NCBI GenBank assembly: GCA_021296325.1
Contig: JAGWAR010000002.1
Span: 65,459-129,458, forward strand
Direction: 5' to 3'
Length of the DNA: 64,000 bases
Source of the DNA: Alphaproteobacteria bacterium
GTDB taxonomy: Bacteria; Pseudomonadota; Alphaproteobacteria; GCA-2746255
Position numbers and translations under genes: made by a program. How positions within the stretch are numbered: position 1 is the stretch's first letter; each line of letters opens with the position of its first letter. Below the pieces are notes generated by a model that was not told where the DNA came from, did not search any database, and saw nothing but the letters and a program-made list of their open reading frames with translations. Positions 41,311 through 52,122 of this stretch are shown here, piece by piece.

Positions 41311-42219
41311 TTACGCCACCAAGCTTAAACCCCGATCGGCCAACAGGGCGGCGAAGAGAAGAAAGAGATAAAGAATCGAATAGGCGAACATGTGCCGCGC
41401 CGAACGGTCCGTTTCGTCGAACCAGACGCGAACGGCAAACGCCACGAAAACCGCGCCAAGCAGGGCGGCGGTAGCTGCATAGAAAAGGCCAACCAGGCCG
41501 ATGAAGCTGGGCGCCAGCGTCAGGGGAACCAGCAGCAGGGTGTAGAGCAGGATCCGCTTGCGGGTCTCGCGCAGGCCGGCCACTACGGGCAGCATCGGCA
41601 CGCCGGCGTTTTCGTAATCGTCGCTCCGGTACAGCGAAAGCGCCCAGAAATGGGGCGGCGTCCACAGGAAGATGATGGCGAAGAGAACGAGCGGGGCAAG
41701 GCTTACGTCACCGGTCACCGCTGCCCAGCCGATCATCGGCGGAAAGGCGCCAGCGGCACCCCCGATGACGATGTTCTCGGGCGTGCGCCGCTTGAGCCAC
41801 ATCGTGTAGACGAAGACGTAGAAGGCGATGGTGAGGGTCAGCAGGCCGGCCGCCACCCAGTTCACCGCCAGCCCCATGATGGCGATGGACCCCATTGCCA
41901 GCACGACACCAAAGCCGAGCGCCTCGTCCGGCACGATGCGGCCCATCGGCAAGGGCCGGCCACGCGTGCGGCGCATCTTTGCGTCGATGTCCCGGTCGTA
42001 CCACATGTTGATGGCCCCGGCCGCGCCCGCGCCGACGGCAATACAAAGCAGCGCCACGCCAGCCAGGACCGGGTGCAGCGTGCCGGGCGCCAGCAGCAGC
42101 CCGACGATGCCGGTAAAGACGACCAGCGACATGACCCGCGGCTTCAGGAGCTGACAGAAGTCCTGAACGCGGGAATCGCCCGCAAAGGCGGCTTCGTTTT
42201 GAACCGTCGTGGAATGCAT
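41311..42219 (-). CDS. ctaB: Protoheme IX farnesyltransferase (heme O synthase)
   Basis: UbiA-superfamily motifs NMWYDRDID and [15 protein letters not shown]. Confidence 0.9.
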   Translation of the reverse strand: MHSTTVQNEAAFAGDSRVQDFCQLLKPRVMSLVVFTGIVGLLLAPGTLHPVLAGVALLCIAVGAGAAGAINMWYDRDIDAKMRRTRGRPLPMGRIVPDEALGFGVVLAMGSIAIMGLAVNWVAAGLLTLTIAFYVFVYTMWLKRRTPENIVIGGAAGAFPPMIGWAAVTGDVSLAPLVLFAIIFLWTPPHFWALSLYRSDDYENAGVPMLPVVAGLRETRKRILLYTLLLVPLTLAPSFIGLVGLFYAATAALLGAVFVAFAVRVWFDETDRSARHMFAYSILYLFLLFAALLADRGLSLVA

Positions 42220-42275
42220 CACACCTTCCGTCACGCGAAACTCCCGAAGCCCATTGCCCGGCAATCAATGCCGCG

Positions 42276-43898
<1,623 letters not shown>

Positions 43899-44747
43899 CT
43901 ATTCCAGGACTTCCGTCCGTGCGACGCGGGTTTCGTGATCCGCATCGTCGTTTGTCGCATATTCCTCGATCGCCTCTTTCAACCAGGCCGCGTAGGCCTC
44001 GTCCGAGACCACCTTGACCGTGATCGGCATCATGCCGTGGTTCGTGCCACAGAGTTCCGAACACTGTCCGTAATAGGTGCCTTCCTTGTTGGCGCGGAAC
44101 CAGGTTTCGTTCAACCGGCCCGGGATCGCGTCGATCTTGGCGCCGAAGGCCGGGACCGCCCACGCATGGAGCACGTCCGTCGAGGTCACCAGCACACGCA
44201 CCGTCTTGTTGACGGGCACGACCACCGCCGTATCGGTGGCAAGCAGGCGGGGCTGGCCCTCTTCGAGTTCGTCCTTCTCGAGCACGAAGGCGTCGAAGGT
44301 GAGGTCGTCGTGATCCGGGTAAACGTAGGACCAGTACCACTGATGCCCGACCGCCTTGATCGTGATGTCCGCGTTCTCGACCCGGTCCATGTAGTACATG
44401 AGCCGGAAGGACGGGATCGCGATGGCAACAAGGATAAGGGTGGGAATCAGAGTCCAGATGACTTCCAGCGGCGTGTTGTGGGTCGTCTTGGAGGGAACCG
44501 GGTTCGCCTTCGCGTTGAAGCGGAGGATGATGTAGACGAGCAACCCAAGGACAAAAGCGGTGATCAGGCTGATAACGATCAGAAGGTAATCGTGAAACCC
44601 GCTTAGTCGTTCCATTACCGGAGAGGCGGCGTCCTGAAATCCGAGCTGCCAGCGTACCGGCTCGCTTGCCAGTGTACCGGACGCCGAACCAACGCCGAAG
44701 AATGAAAACGCCGCAAGAAACAAGAAAAGTCGCCGACCGAAAGGCAT
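43899..44747 (-). CDS. ctaC: Cytochrome c oxidase subunit II
   Basis: CuA site HAWAVPAFGAKIDAIPGR...GQCSELCGTNHGMMP. Confidence 0.9.
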   Translation of the reverse strand: MPFGRRLFLFLAAFSFFGVGSASGTLASEPVRWQLGFQDAASPVMERLSGFHDYLLIVISLITAFVLGLLVYIILRFNAKANPVPSKTTHNTPLEVIWTLIPTLILVAIAIPSFRLMYYMDRVENADITIKAVGHQWYWSYVYPDHDDLTFDAFVLEKDELEEGQPRLLATDTAVVVPVNKTVRVLVTSTDVLHAWAVPAFGAKIDAIPGRLNETWFRANKEGTYYGQCSELCGTNHGMMPITVKVVSDEAYAAWLKEAIEEYATNDDADHETRVARTEVLE

Positions 44748-45069
44748 GGAATCCAGCCCTCCCTAACTGGTGAGATTTGAAGGGATGAAACCACCCCCCA
44801 GGACGATCCGGAAAAACCTGCGCCCGAACGCCACCCGGTGACCGGGCGGGTCAGGGTGGTTCGTATCGCCCCCTGTATGGCCGAAATGTATAGCAAAGTC
44901 CGCCGCCTTCGCAAAAAAGAATTGCCTTGTGGAAGCCCCTGGAAAGCCTGCAGACTCGCGGATTGCGAACGGGTCGCAGGCCGGGGCCCGCCTTTATTAC
45001 AGAAAAACAGTGTAATAACGGTCCGAAGCTCCGCAAAGCGCCGGCGGCCTCCCGAAAACGAGGTGCGAT

Positions 45070-46506
45070 GTGTCCGATCTGCCGACCACCGACGAGCTTT
45101 TCTTCACACCAACCGGCCTGGACCGGAGGCGGGTCGAGCGCGTCGTCGACGATGCGCTGAAGGGCGCTGATGACGGCGAGCTTTTCCTGGAGTTCCGGCA
45201 GTCGGAAAGCCTCGTCTTCGACGACGGGCGATTGAAAAGCGCCAGTTTCGATTCCTCGCACGGCTTCGGGCTGCGGGCGATCGCCAAGGAGGCGGTCGGC
45301 TATGCCCACGCCTCCAACCTCGACGAGGCGACGATGAAGCGCGCCGCCGAGACGGTAAAGGCGGTCCGTGAAGGCCGCGGCGGCACGGCGATGGCCACCC
45401 CGCCGAGCACGAACCGGCATCTCTATTCCGACGCCAATCCCCTGAACGGGGTCGCTTTCGAACGCAAGGTCCGGCTGCTCGCCGAGATCGATGCCTATGC
45501 CCGCGGCAAGGATCCCCGCGTGCGCCAGGTGACCGCCTCGCTGGCCGGCGAATGGCAGGCAGTTGAGATCTTAAGGGCCGGCGGCGAACGGGCGAGCGAT
45601 TTGCGTCCGCTGGTCCGGTTGAACGTCGCCATCGTCGTCGGCGAAGGGGAGCGCATGGAAAGCGGCAGCCACGGCGCCGGCGGCCGCGCCCTGTACGACA
45701 CCTGGCTCGACCCTTCGAACTGGCAGGGCCAGGTGGACGAGGCGTTGCGCCAGGCGCTGGTCAATCTTGAATCGGTGCCGGCGCCGGCCGGCGAAATGGA
45801 AGTCGTGCTGGGACCGGGCTGGCCCGGCATTCTTTTGCACGAGGCGATCGGCCACGGCCTTGAGGGCGACTTTAACCGCAAGCAGACGTCCGCCTTCTCG
45901 GGCCTGATCGGCAAACGCGTGGCCAGGGAAGGCGTCACCGTCGTCGACGACGGCACGATCCGGGACCGACGCGGCTCGCTGACCATCGATGACGAAGGCA
46001 CGCCCACCGAACGGACGGTCTTGATCGAGAATGGCATCCTGAAAGGCTACATGCAGGACCGCCAGAACGCCGCCCTCATGGGCCAGCGCCCGACCGGCAA
46101 TGGCCGGCGTGAAAGCTTCGCCCACAAGCCGATGCCGCGCATGACGAACACCTACATGCTGGCCGGCACCGACACGCCGGAAGAAATCGTCCGTTCCGTG
46201 AAGAAGGGCCTGTACGCAGTCAATTTCGGCGGCGGCCAGGTCGACATCACGTCGGGGAAATTCGTCTTCTCGGCAACGGAGGCCTATCTGATCGAGGACG
46301 GCCGCGTCACCGCCCCGGTCAAGGGGGCGACGCTGATCGGCAACGGGCCGGACGTGCTGACGAGAGTCGCCAGGATCGGCAACAACCTGAAGCTCGACCC
46401 CGGCATCGGCACCTGCGGCAAGGAAGGTCAGGGCGTGCCGGTCGGCGTCGGCCAACCGACGCTGCTGATCGACCGGCTTACCGTCGGCGGCACCGCCTCC
46501 CGGTAA
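45070..46506 (+). CDS. tldD: Metalloprotease TldD
   Basis: 478 aa PmbA/TldD fold with HEAIGHGLE metal site; GTG start. Confidence 0.9.
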   Translation: MSDLPTTDELFFTPTGLDRRRVERVVDDALKGADDGELFLEFRQSESLVFDDGRLKSASFDSSHGFGLRAIAKEAVGYAHASNLDEATMKRAAETVKAVREGRGGTAMATPPSTNRHLYSDANPLNGVAFERKVRLLAEIDAYARGKDPRVRQVTASLAGEWQAVEILRAGGERASDLRPLVRLNVAIVVGEGERMESGSHGAGGRALYDTWLDPSNWQGQVDEALRQALVNLESVPAPAGEMEVVLGPGWPGILLHEAIGHGLEGDFNRKQTSAFSGLIGKRVAREGVTVVDDGTIRDRRGSLTIDDEGTPTERTVLIENGILKGYMQDRQNAALMGQRPTGNGRRESFAHKPMPRMTNTYMLAGTDTPEEIVRSVKKGLYAVNFGGGQVDITSGKFVFSATEAYLIEDGRVTAPVKGATLIGNGPDVLTRVARIGNNLKLDPGIGTCGKEGQGVPVGVGQPTLLIDRLTVGGTASR

Positions 46507-46521
46507 CGACCCGCCTCTTCC

Positions 46522-47892
46522 TTAATAGGCGCATTCCTCGTAGAGCGGTTCGACCGCGCCGCCCCAGGCATGGGCGTAGCGTTCGAGCATGCGTTCGGCC
46601 GCGGTGACGCCGCTTTCCGCCGTCTCGGCCAGGACATCAAGAAAATGGCTTTCGTCCCGTCCCGTCCCGTCCTTATGGGCCCGGCGGCGGAGGCCCGTCT
46701 TGGCGATCTCGACCGCGTCTTTCGCCACGTCCTGAACGGTCCGGCCGTGGATGCGCGCCTTCAACGCGTCGCGGGCGACCGCCTCGCCAAGGGCCTGCTG
46801 TTCCCCGATCGGCCAGTCCCCGACGAGATCGAGCGCGGCTGCCTGCGCGTCCGCGTCATAGAGAAGTCCCGCCCAGAAGGCCGGCAGGGCACAGAGCAAG
46901 GGCCCGCCGCCGGTGGCGGCGCCGCGCATCTCGAGAAAGCGCTTCATCCGGACCCAGGGAAAGGCGGTCGTGAGATGGTCTTCCCAATCGGCCATCGTCG
47001 GCACCTCGCCCGGCCGTGCCGGCAATTTGCCATCCAGAAAGTCGCGGAAACTTTGTCCCGCCGCGTCGAAATATGTGCCGTCGCGCACGACGAAATACAT
47101 CGGCACGTCGAGCATGTAGTCCACGTAGCGTTCGAACCCCATGGAGGAATCGAACACGAAGGGCAGGAACCCGCAACGGTCGGGGTCCGTCTCCGCCCAC
47201 ACATGGGCGCGGTAACTTAGGTAACCGCTCGGCTTGCCTTCGACGAAAGGCGAGTTTGCGTAAAGGGCGGTGACGATTGGCTGCAGCGCCATGGAGATAC
47301 GAAACTTCTCGACCATGTCGGCTTCGGATGCGAAATCGAGGTTCACCTGCACGGTGCAGGTGCGCAGCATCATGTCGAGGCCAAGCGCGCCTTTCGTCGG
47401 CATGTAGTCGCGCATGATCCGGTAACGCGTCTTTGGCATCCAGGGCATATCGTCGCGCGACCATTTCGGCAGAAAGCCGAGATTGAGAAGGCCAAGTCCC
47501 AGCGCGTCGGTGACCGAGCGAAGCTGGGTGCGATGGTCGGCAACCTCGACGCAGGTTTCGTGGAGCGTCCGCAAGGGTTCGCCGGAAAGTTCAACCTGTC
47601 CGCCGGGTTCCAGCGTGATCGAACCGAAGCCCGGTTTCACGAGCGCGACCGGATTGCCGTTTTCCAGAATCGGCTGCCAACCGAAACGTTGCATGCCTTC
47701 CAGAATGGCGCGGATGCCATCAGGCCCTTCATAGGGCACCGGCGCAAGGTCGGCCTTGCGAAAAACGAATTTCTCGTGCTCGGTCCCGATGCGCCAGTCT
47801 TCGGGCGACTTGCAGGCGGCGGCAAAATATTCGACGAGCTGGGTCTTCGTCTGAATGGGTTCGAATTTTTCGTGAACCGAAAAGCCGGTCAT
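46522..47892 (-). CDS. gshA: Glutamate-cysteine ligase, plant/alphaproteobacterial type (GCS2)
   Basis: 456-aa core beginning MTGFSVHEKFEPIQTK; family-typical WRIGTEHEKF and C-terminal regions. Confidence 0.85.
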   Translation of the reverse strand: MTGFSVHEKFEPIQTKTQLVEYFAAACKSPEDWRIGTEHEKFVFRKADLAPVPYEGPDGIRAILEGMQRFGWQPILENGNPVALVKPGFGSITLEPGGQVELSGEPLRTLHETCVEVADHRTQLRSVTDALGLGLLNLGFLPKWSRDDMPWMPKTRYRIMRDYMPTKGALGLDMMLRTCTVQVNLDFASEADMVEKFRISMALQPIVTALYANSPFVEGKPSGYLSYRAHVWAETDPDRCGFLPFVFDSSMGFERYVDYMLDVPMYFVVRDGTYFDAAGQSFRDFLDGKLPARPGEVPTMADWEDHLTTAFPWVRMKRFLEMRGAATGGGPLLCALPAFWAGLLYDADAQAAALDLVGDWPIGEQQALGEAVARDALKARIHGRTVQDVAKDAVEIAKTGLRRRAHKDGTGRDESHFLDVLAETAESGVTAAERMLERYAHAWGGAVEPLYEECAY

Positions 47893-48668
47893 GGCTTGCC
47901 CGCCGCCTTCGGCGAAGGCGTTTCTTCGAAGCGGAAGGAAGGCCGCCTTTGCCAATCGCCAAGCACCGTCTGCCAGCAGGTCATGGCCGCCACGGCGGCG
48001 GTGTCGGCCCGCAGCACCCGGGGACCAAGGCTGGCAGCCGTGATGAAGGGAAGCCGGCGGAGCCGGTCCAACTCGGCCGGCGCGAAGCCGCCCTCGGGGC
48101 CGGTCAGCAGGGCCCAGGAGCCGGGGCCGGCTTCCGCAAGGGCCTCCAGGATGGGCGGGCCGCCGCCGGTTTCGTCACAAAGGAGCAGGCGCCGCGCGGC
48201 GGGCCAGGCAGCCAGCACGCTTTCCAGCGGTTCGGCCGCGCCGATCTCCGGCACGGAGAGGCGTTCGGTCTGTTCCGCCGCCTCGATCGCGTGGGCCTTC
48301 AGGCGTTTTTCGTTCACCCGTTTTACTTCCGTCCGTTCCGTGATCACGGGCTTTAGATGCACGACGCCGAGTTCGGTTGCTTTCTCGACGAGATTTTCAA
48401 TCCGGTTCCGTTTGATGGGCGCGAACAGAAGCCAGAGATCCGGAAGCGTTTCCTGGGCGCGGCGGCATTGCCTGGGCATGACGCGGGCCCGTTTCTTCAG
48501 GATTTTTTCGATAACCGTTTCCCATTCGCCGTCACGGCCGTTGAAAAGGTGGACGCAATCCCCCGGCCCAAGCCGCATCACGTGCGCGAGATAGTGGGTT
48601 TGCTCCGGCCCCAGTTCAAGCGCGCCGCCCTCAGCAAGCCCTTCTTCCACGTATAAACGGACGGCCAT
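47889..48668 (-). CDS. rsmE: 16S rRNA (uracil1498-N3)-methyltransferase
   Basis: MAVRLYVEEGL...; SPOUT fold with C-terminal LTGPEGGF motif; ATGA overlap with gshA. Confidence 0.8.
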   Translation of the reverse strand: MAVRLYVEEGLAEGGALELGPEQTHYLAHVMRLGPGDCVHLFNGRDGEWETVIEKILKKRARVMPRQCRRAQETLPDLWLLFAPIKRNRIENLVEKATELGVVHLKPVITERTEVKRVNEKRLKAHAIEAAEQTERLSVPEIGAAEPLESVLAAWPAARRLLLCDETGGGPPILEALAEAGPGSWALLTGPEGGFAPAELDRLRRLPFITAASLGPRVLRADTAAVAAMTCWQTVLGDWQRRPSFRFEETPSPKAAGKP

Positions 48669-48726
48669 GGCTTTCGCCTGCTCCTTGCCCTTGAGAAGAA
48701 CCGGGGGAACCACTAGACCTTAGCCG

Positions 48727-49656
48727 ATGACGGAGTCCACCAAAACCAGTGCGACGGACATGCCGGATAGCGGCTGGGTCGACCGCGTCGAACCGGCTTA
48801 TCTAAGGCCCTATCTGAAGCTTGCCCGGCTCGACCGGCCGACCGGCATCTGGCTTTTGTTCTTTCCCTGTCTTTGGGGGCTGGCCCTTGCCTCGCCCGGT
48901 TTCCCGGACCCGGTCCTGGTGTTGCTGTTTGCCATCGGCGCCATCCTCATGCGAAGCGCGGGCTGCGTCTTCAACGATATCGTGGACCGGGATTTCGACG
49001 CCCGGGTCGCCCGCACGCGGGACCGCCCGCTTGCGGCGGGCACCCTGTCGCCGACGGAGGCCGTCCGCTTCCTAGTCGTTCTCCTGCTTGCCGGACTTGT
49101 CGTGCTGTTGTGCTTCAACCATTTTACGGTCCTTCTCGGCATCGCCTCGCTGGGGTTGGTTTTTCTTTACCCCTTCGCGAAGCGCTTCACCGACTGGCCC
49201 CAGGCGGTGCTCGGCCTCACCTTCAACTGGGGGGCGTTGATGGGCTGGACGGCGGTGACGGGCGAGATCAGCCTGGCAGCATGCGCCCTTTACGCCGGCG
49301 CCTTCTTCTGGACGCTTGCCTATGACACGATCTACGCCCATCAGGACAAGGCGGACGATCTTCTGATCGGCGTTAAATCGACGGCGATCCGGCTTGGGTC
49401 GCGGACGAAGCCTTTTCTTTTCGTTTTTTACGGGTCGGCGCTTTTCTTCTTCGCCGCAAGCGGCGCACTCGCGGGCCTTGGTTGGCTTTTCTATGCCGGG
49501 CTTGGCCTGCTGGCGGCCCAGCTTGTCTGGCAGGTTGTTTCCCTGAAGCTCGACGCGCCGGCCGATTGCCTCGCCAAGTTCCAGTCGAACCAGTGGGCCG
49601 GCCTGATCCTGGCCTTCGCCATCCTCGGCGGTCGGCTTCTTACGTCATTGCCTTAA
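48727..49656 (+). CDS. ubiA: 4-hydroxybenzoate polyprenyltransferase
   Basis: NDIVDRDFD and YAHQDKADD aspartate-rich motifs; 309 aa. Confidence 0.9.
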   Translation: MTESTKTSATDMPDSGWVDRVEPAYLRPYLKLARLDRPTGIWLLFFPCLWGLALASPGFPDPVLVLLFAIGAILMRSAGCVFNDIVDRDFDARVARTRDRPLAAGTLSPTEAVRFLVVLLLAGLVVLLCFNHFTVLLGIASLGLVFLYPFAKRFTDWPQAVLGLTFNWGALMGWTAVTGEISLAACALYAGAFFWTLAYDTIYAHQDKADDLLIGVKSTAIRLGSRTKPFLFVFYGSALFFFAASGALAGLGWLFYAGLGLLAAQLVWQVVSLKLDAPADCLAKFQSNQWAGLILAFAILGGRLLTSLP

Positions 49657-50807
49657 TAGGGAACGGCGATCCGCCCGATGCGCTCGCGAGCGATGACGAT
49701 TTTCTGGACCTGGGCGGTGCCGTCGCCGATCTCAAGCCCCATGACGTCGCGCAGGCGCTGTTGATGGGGCGTTTCCTTCGAATAGCCGTAATGGCCGTGC
49801 AGCAGCAGGCACTGGTGCAGAATGTCGAAGGAGAGTTTCGGCGCCCACCATTTGCACATGGCGGCTTCCGCCGTGTGTGGCAGGCCCTGGTCGCGAAGCC
49901 AGAGCGTCTTGTAGCAAAGCAGCCGGCAAGCCTCGTAAAAGGTTTCGGCCTCGGCCAGAGGAAAGGTCACCCCTTCGAATTTCGCGAGCGGCGCACCGAA
50001 GGCCTCGCGTTCCTGCACGTAGGCCCAGGTCTCGTCCAGCGAGGCGCGGGCGGCGCCCAGGCATTGCAGGCCGATGATGGCGCGGGAGAAATCGAAGCCC
50101 TTCATGATCTGGGTAAAGCCGCCGTTCTCCTCGCCAAGCAGGGCCTCGCCCGACACCTTCACATCGTCGAAGAAAAGGGAGCCGCGGCCGACGATGGTGG
50201 ATCCCAGATCGTCGAAGCGGGTGCGGGTAATGCCGGGCTGGTCCAGTTCGACCAGGAAAGCGCTGACCCCCTTGGCCCCCGCCGCCTCGCTTCCCGTGCG
50301 GCCGAAGACGATGGCGATGTCGGCCTGGTCAGCGGCCGAGATCGAGGTCTTCTCGCCGTTGAGCACGTAGCCGTCGCCGGCGCGGCGCGCCTTGAGCTTC
50401 AGTTTCGCCGCGTCGGAACCGACGGCGGGTTCGGTCAAGCCAAGCGCGATCAGCGTCTCGCCGGCAGCAATCTTCGGCACCCATTTTTCGGCCAGCGGCG
50501 GGCGGGCGTGTTCGGCAAGGATGCCGCCCAGAAGCGCGCCCAGCAACGTCAGGTAGGAAAGGTTGAAGTCCCCGAAGGCGACACCTTCCGTGATGAGGCC
50601 GGTCATCACCGAATCGGCCTCCATGCCGCCGAGCCGTTCCGGCACGTTCGGGACCAGCATACCGAGCGCGCCCATCTCGCGGACCAGTGCCCGGTCGAAG
50701 ACGCCTTCCTGCTCGCGCGCCATGTAGTCGGGCGCGAGGCGTTCGCGGGCAAAGCGCAAGACGCTCTCGGAGAGGGCCATCTGCTCATCGGTGAAGGAAA
50801 AATCCAC
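49653..50807 (-). CDS. Acyl-CoA dehydrogenase
   Basis: 384 aa ACAD fold (MDFSFTDEQ...; C-terminal catalytic Glu region). Confidence 0.85.
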   Translation of the reverse strand: MDFSFTDEQMALSESVLRFARERLAPDYMAREQEGVFDRALVREMGALGMLVPNVPERLGGMEADSVMTGLITEGVAFGDFNLSYLTLLGALLGGILAEHARPPLAEKWVPKIAAGETLIALGLTEPAVGSDAAKLKLKARRAGDGYVLNGEKTSISAADQADIAIVFGRTGSEAAGAKGVSAFLVELDQPGITRTRFDDLGSTIVGRGSLFFDDVKVSGEALLGEENGGFTQIMKGFDFSRAIIGLQCLGAARASLDETWAYVQEREAFGAPLAKFEGVTFPLAEAETFYEACRLLCYKTLWLRDQGLPHTAEAAMCKWWAPKLSFDILHQCLLLHGHYGYSKETPHQQRLRDVMGLEIGDGTAQVQKIVIARERIGRIAVPY

Positions 50808-50830
50808 GCGCGCGTTCCTGTGGTTCCGGC

Positions 50831-52000
50831 TCAGCCTTCGGCTTCGCGGAGCATCGCCTTGGCGATGACGAGTTGCTGAATCTGCGATGTGCCTTCGTAG
50901 ATGCGGAAGAGACGGACGTCCCGATAGAAACGCTCGACCGCGTATTCCGCGATGTAGCCGGAGCCGCCGTGAATCTGCACGGCGCGGTCGGCGACGCGGC
51001 CAACCATCTCGCTTGCAAAATATTTACAGCAGGATGCCTGCATGCTGACCTGCTCGCCGGCGTCGCGGCGTCGCGCCGCGTCCAGCACCATGCATCTGGC
51101 CGCGTAGCTTTCGGCCCGGCTGTCGGCCAGCATCGCCTGGACGAGCTGAAAATCGGCGATGCGTTCGCCGAACTGCTTGCGTTCCATCGCGTAAGCCAGC
51201 GACTCCTCAATCAGGCGTTCGGCAACGCCGACGCAGACGGATGAAATGTGGATGCGCCCGCGGTCGAGCACCTTCATCGCCGTCTTGAAGCCGACGCCTT
51301 CCTTTCCGCCGATCAACGCGGATGCCGGCACGCGGCAATCCTCGAAGATGACGTCGCAGACATGGGCGCCCTGCTGGCCCATCTTCTTGTAGGGCTTGCC
51401 GATGGAAATGCCCGCAAGCGCGCGATCGACGATGAAGGCGGACACACCGGCGGCGCCTTTTTTCGAGGGGTCGGTGCGCGCCATCAGGGTAAAGGCGTGG
51501 GCGTGAGAGGCATTCGTGATGAAACGCTTGGTGCCATTCACGACGTAAACGTCGCCGTCGCGGATCGCCGTCGTGCGGAGCGAGGCAGCGTCGGAACCGG
51601 AATCCGGTTCCGTCAGCGCAAAGGAGATAACCAGTTCGCCGGAAGCGATCTTCGGGAGGTAGGTTTGCTTCTGTTCCTCCGTGCCGTCCATGACGATGCC
51701 TTGCGAGCCGATGCCGATGTTCGTGCCGATGGCGGAGCGGAAGGCCGGCGAGGCGCGGCAAAGTTCGAACATGACCCGCACTTCTTCTTCCGTCGTAAGC
51801 CCGATGCCGCCATAGGCTTCCGGCACCGTGAGGCCGAAAAGACCAAGCTCGCGCATCTCGGCGACGATTTCCGGCGGCACGGCGTCTTCTTCCGAGACCC
51901 GCTTTTCGGCCGGGATCAGCCGTTCGCTGACGAAGCGGCGAAGCGTTTCGAGCAGTTGTTCGAACGTGTCGAGATCGAGTGCCACAATCCATCCTCCCAT
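50831..52000 (-). CDS. Acyl-CoA dehydrogenase
   Basis: 389 aa ACAD fold; paralogue of the neighbouring gene. Confidence 0.85.
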   Translation of the reverse strand: MGGWIVALDLDTFEQLLETLRRFVSERLIPAEKRVSEEDAVPPEIVAEMRELGLFGLTVPEAYGGIGLTTEEEVRVMFELCRASPAFRSAIGTNIGIGSQGIVMDGTEEQKQTYLPKIASGELVISFALTEPDSGSDAASLRTTAIRDGDVYVVNGTKRFITNASHAHAFTLMARTDPSKKGAAGVSAFIVDRALAGISIGKPYKKMGQQGAHVCDVIFEDCRVPASALIGGKEGVGFKTAMKVLDRGRIHISSVCVGVAERLIEESLAYAMERKQFGERIADFQLVQAMLADSRAESYAARCMVLDAARRRDAGEQVSMQASCCKYFASEMVGRVADRAVQIHGGSGYIAEYAVERFYRDVRLFRIYEGTSQIQQLVIAKAMLREAEG

Positions 52001-52122
52001 TCCGTCGCATCCAAGGCAGGCACGGGCCGGACCCGCGCCAAGCAGAGGATATAATAGATTGACACTAGCATATTTTCAATCTTACGTTAGTTAGAATTTA
52101 TTCACCATCGGATTGCTGTCCC

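Noticed and set aside
44748-45069. Possible sRNA or structured element in the 320-bp ctaC/tldD divergent spacer (hairpin CCACCCGGTGACCGGGCGGG)
   Set aside because: It is a single short imperfect hairpin with no terminator-like U-tract and no recognisable conserved motif. It is more simply explained as two divergent promoters.
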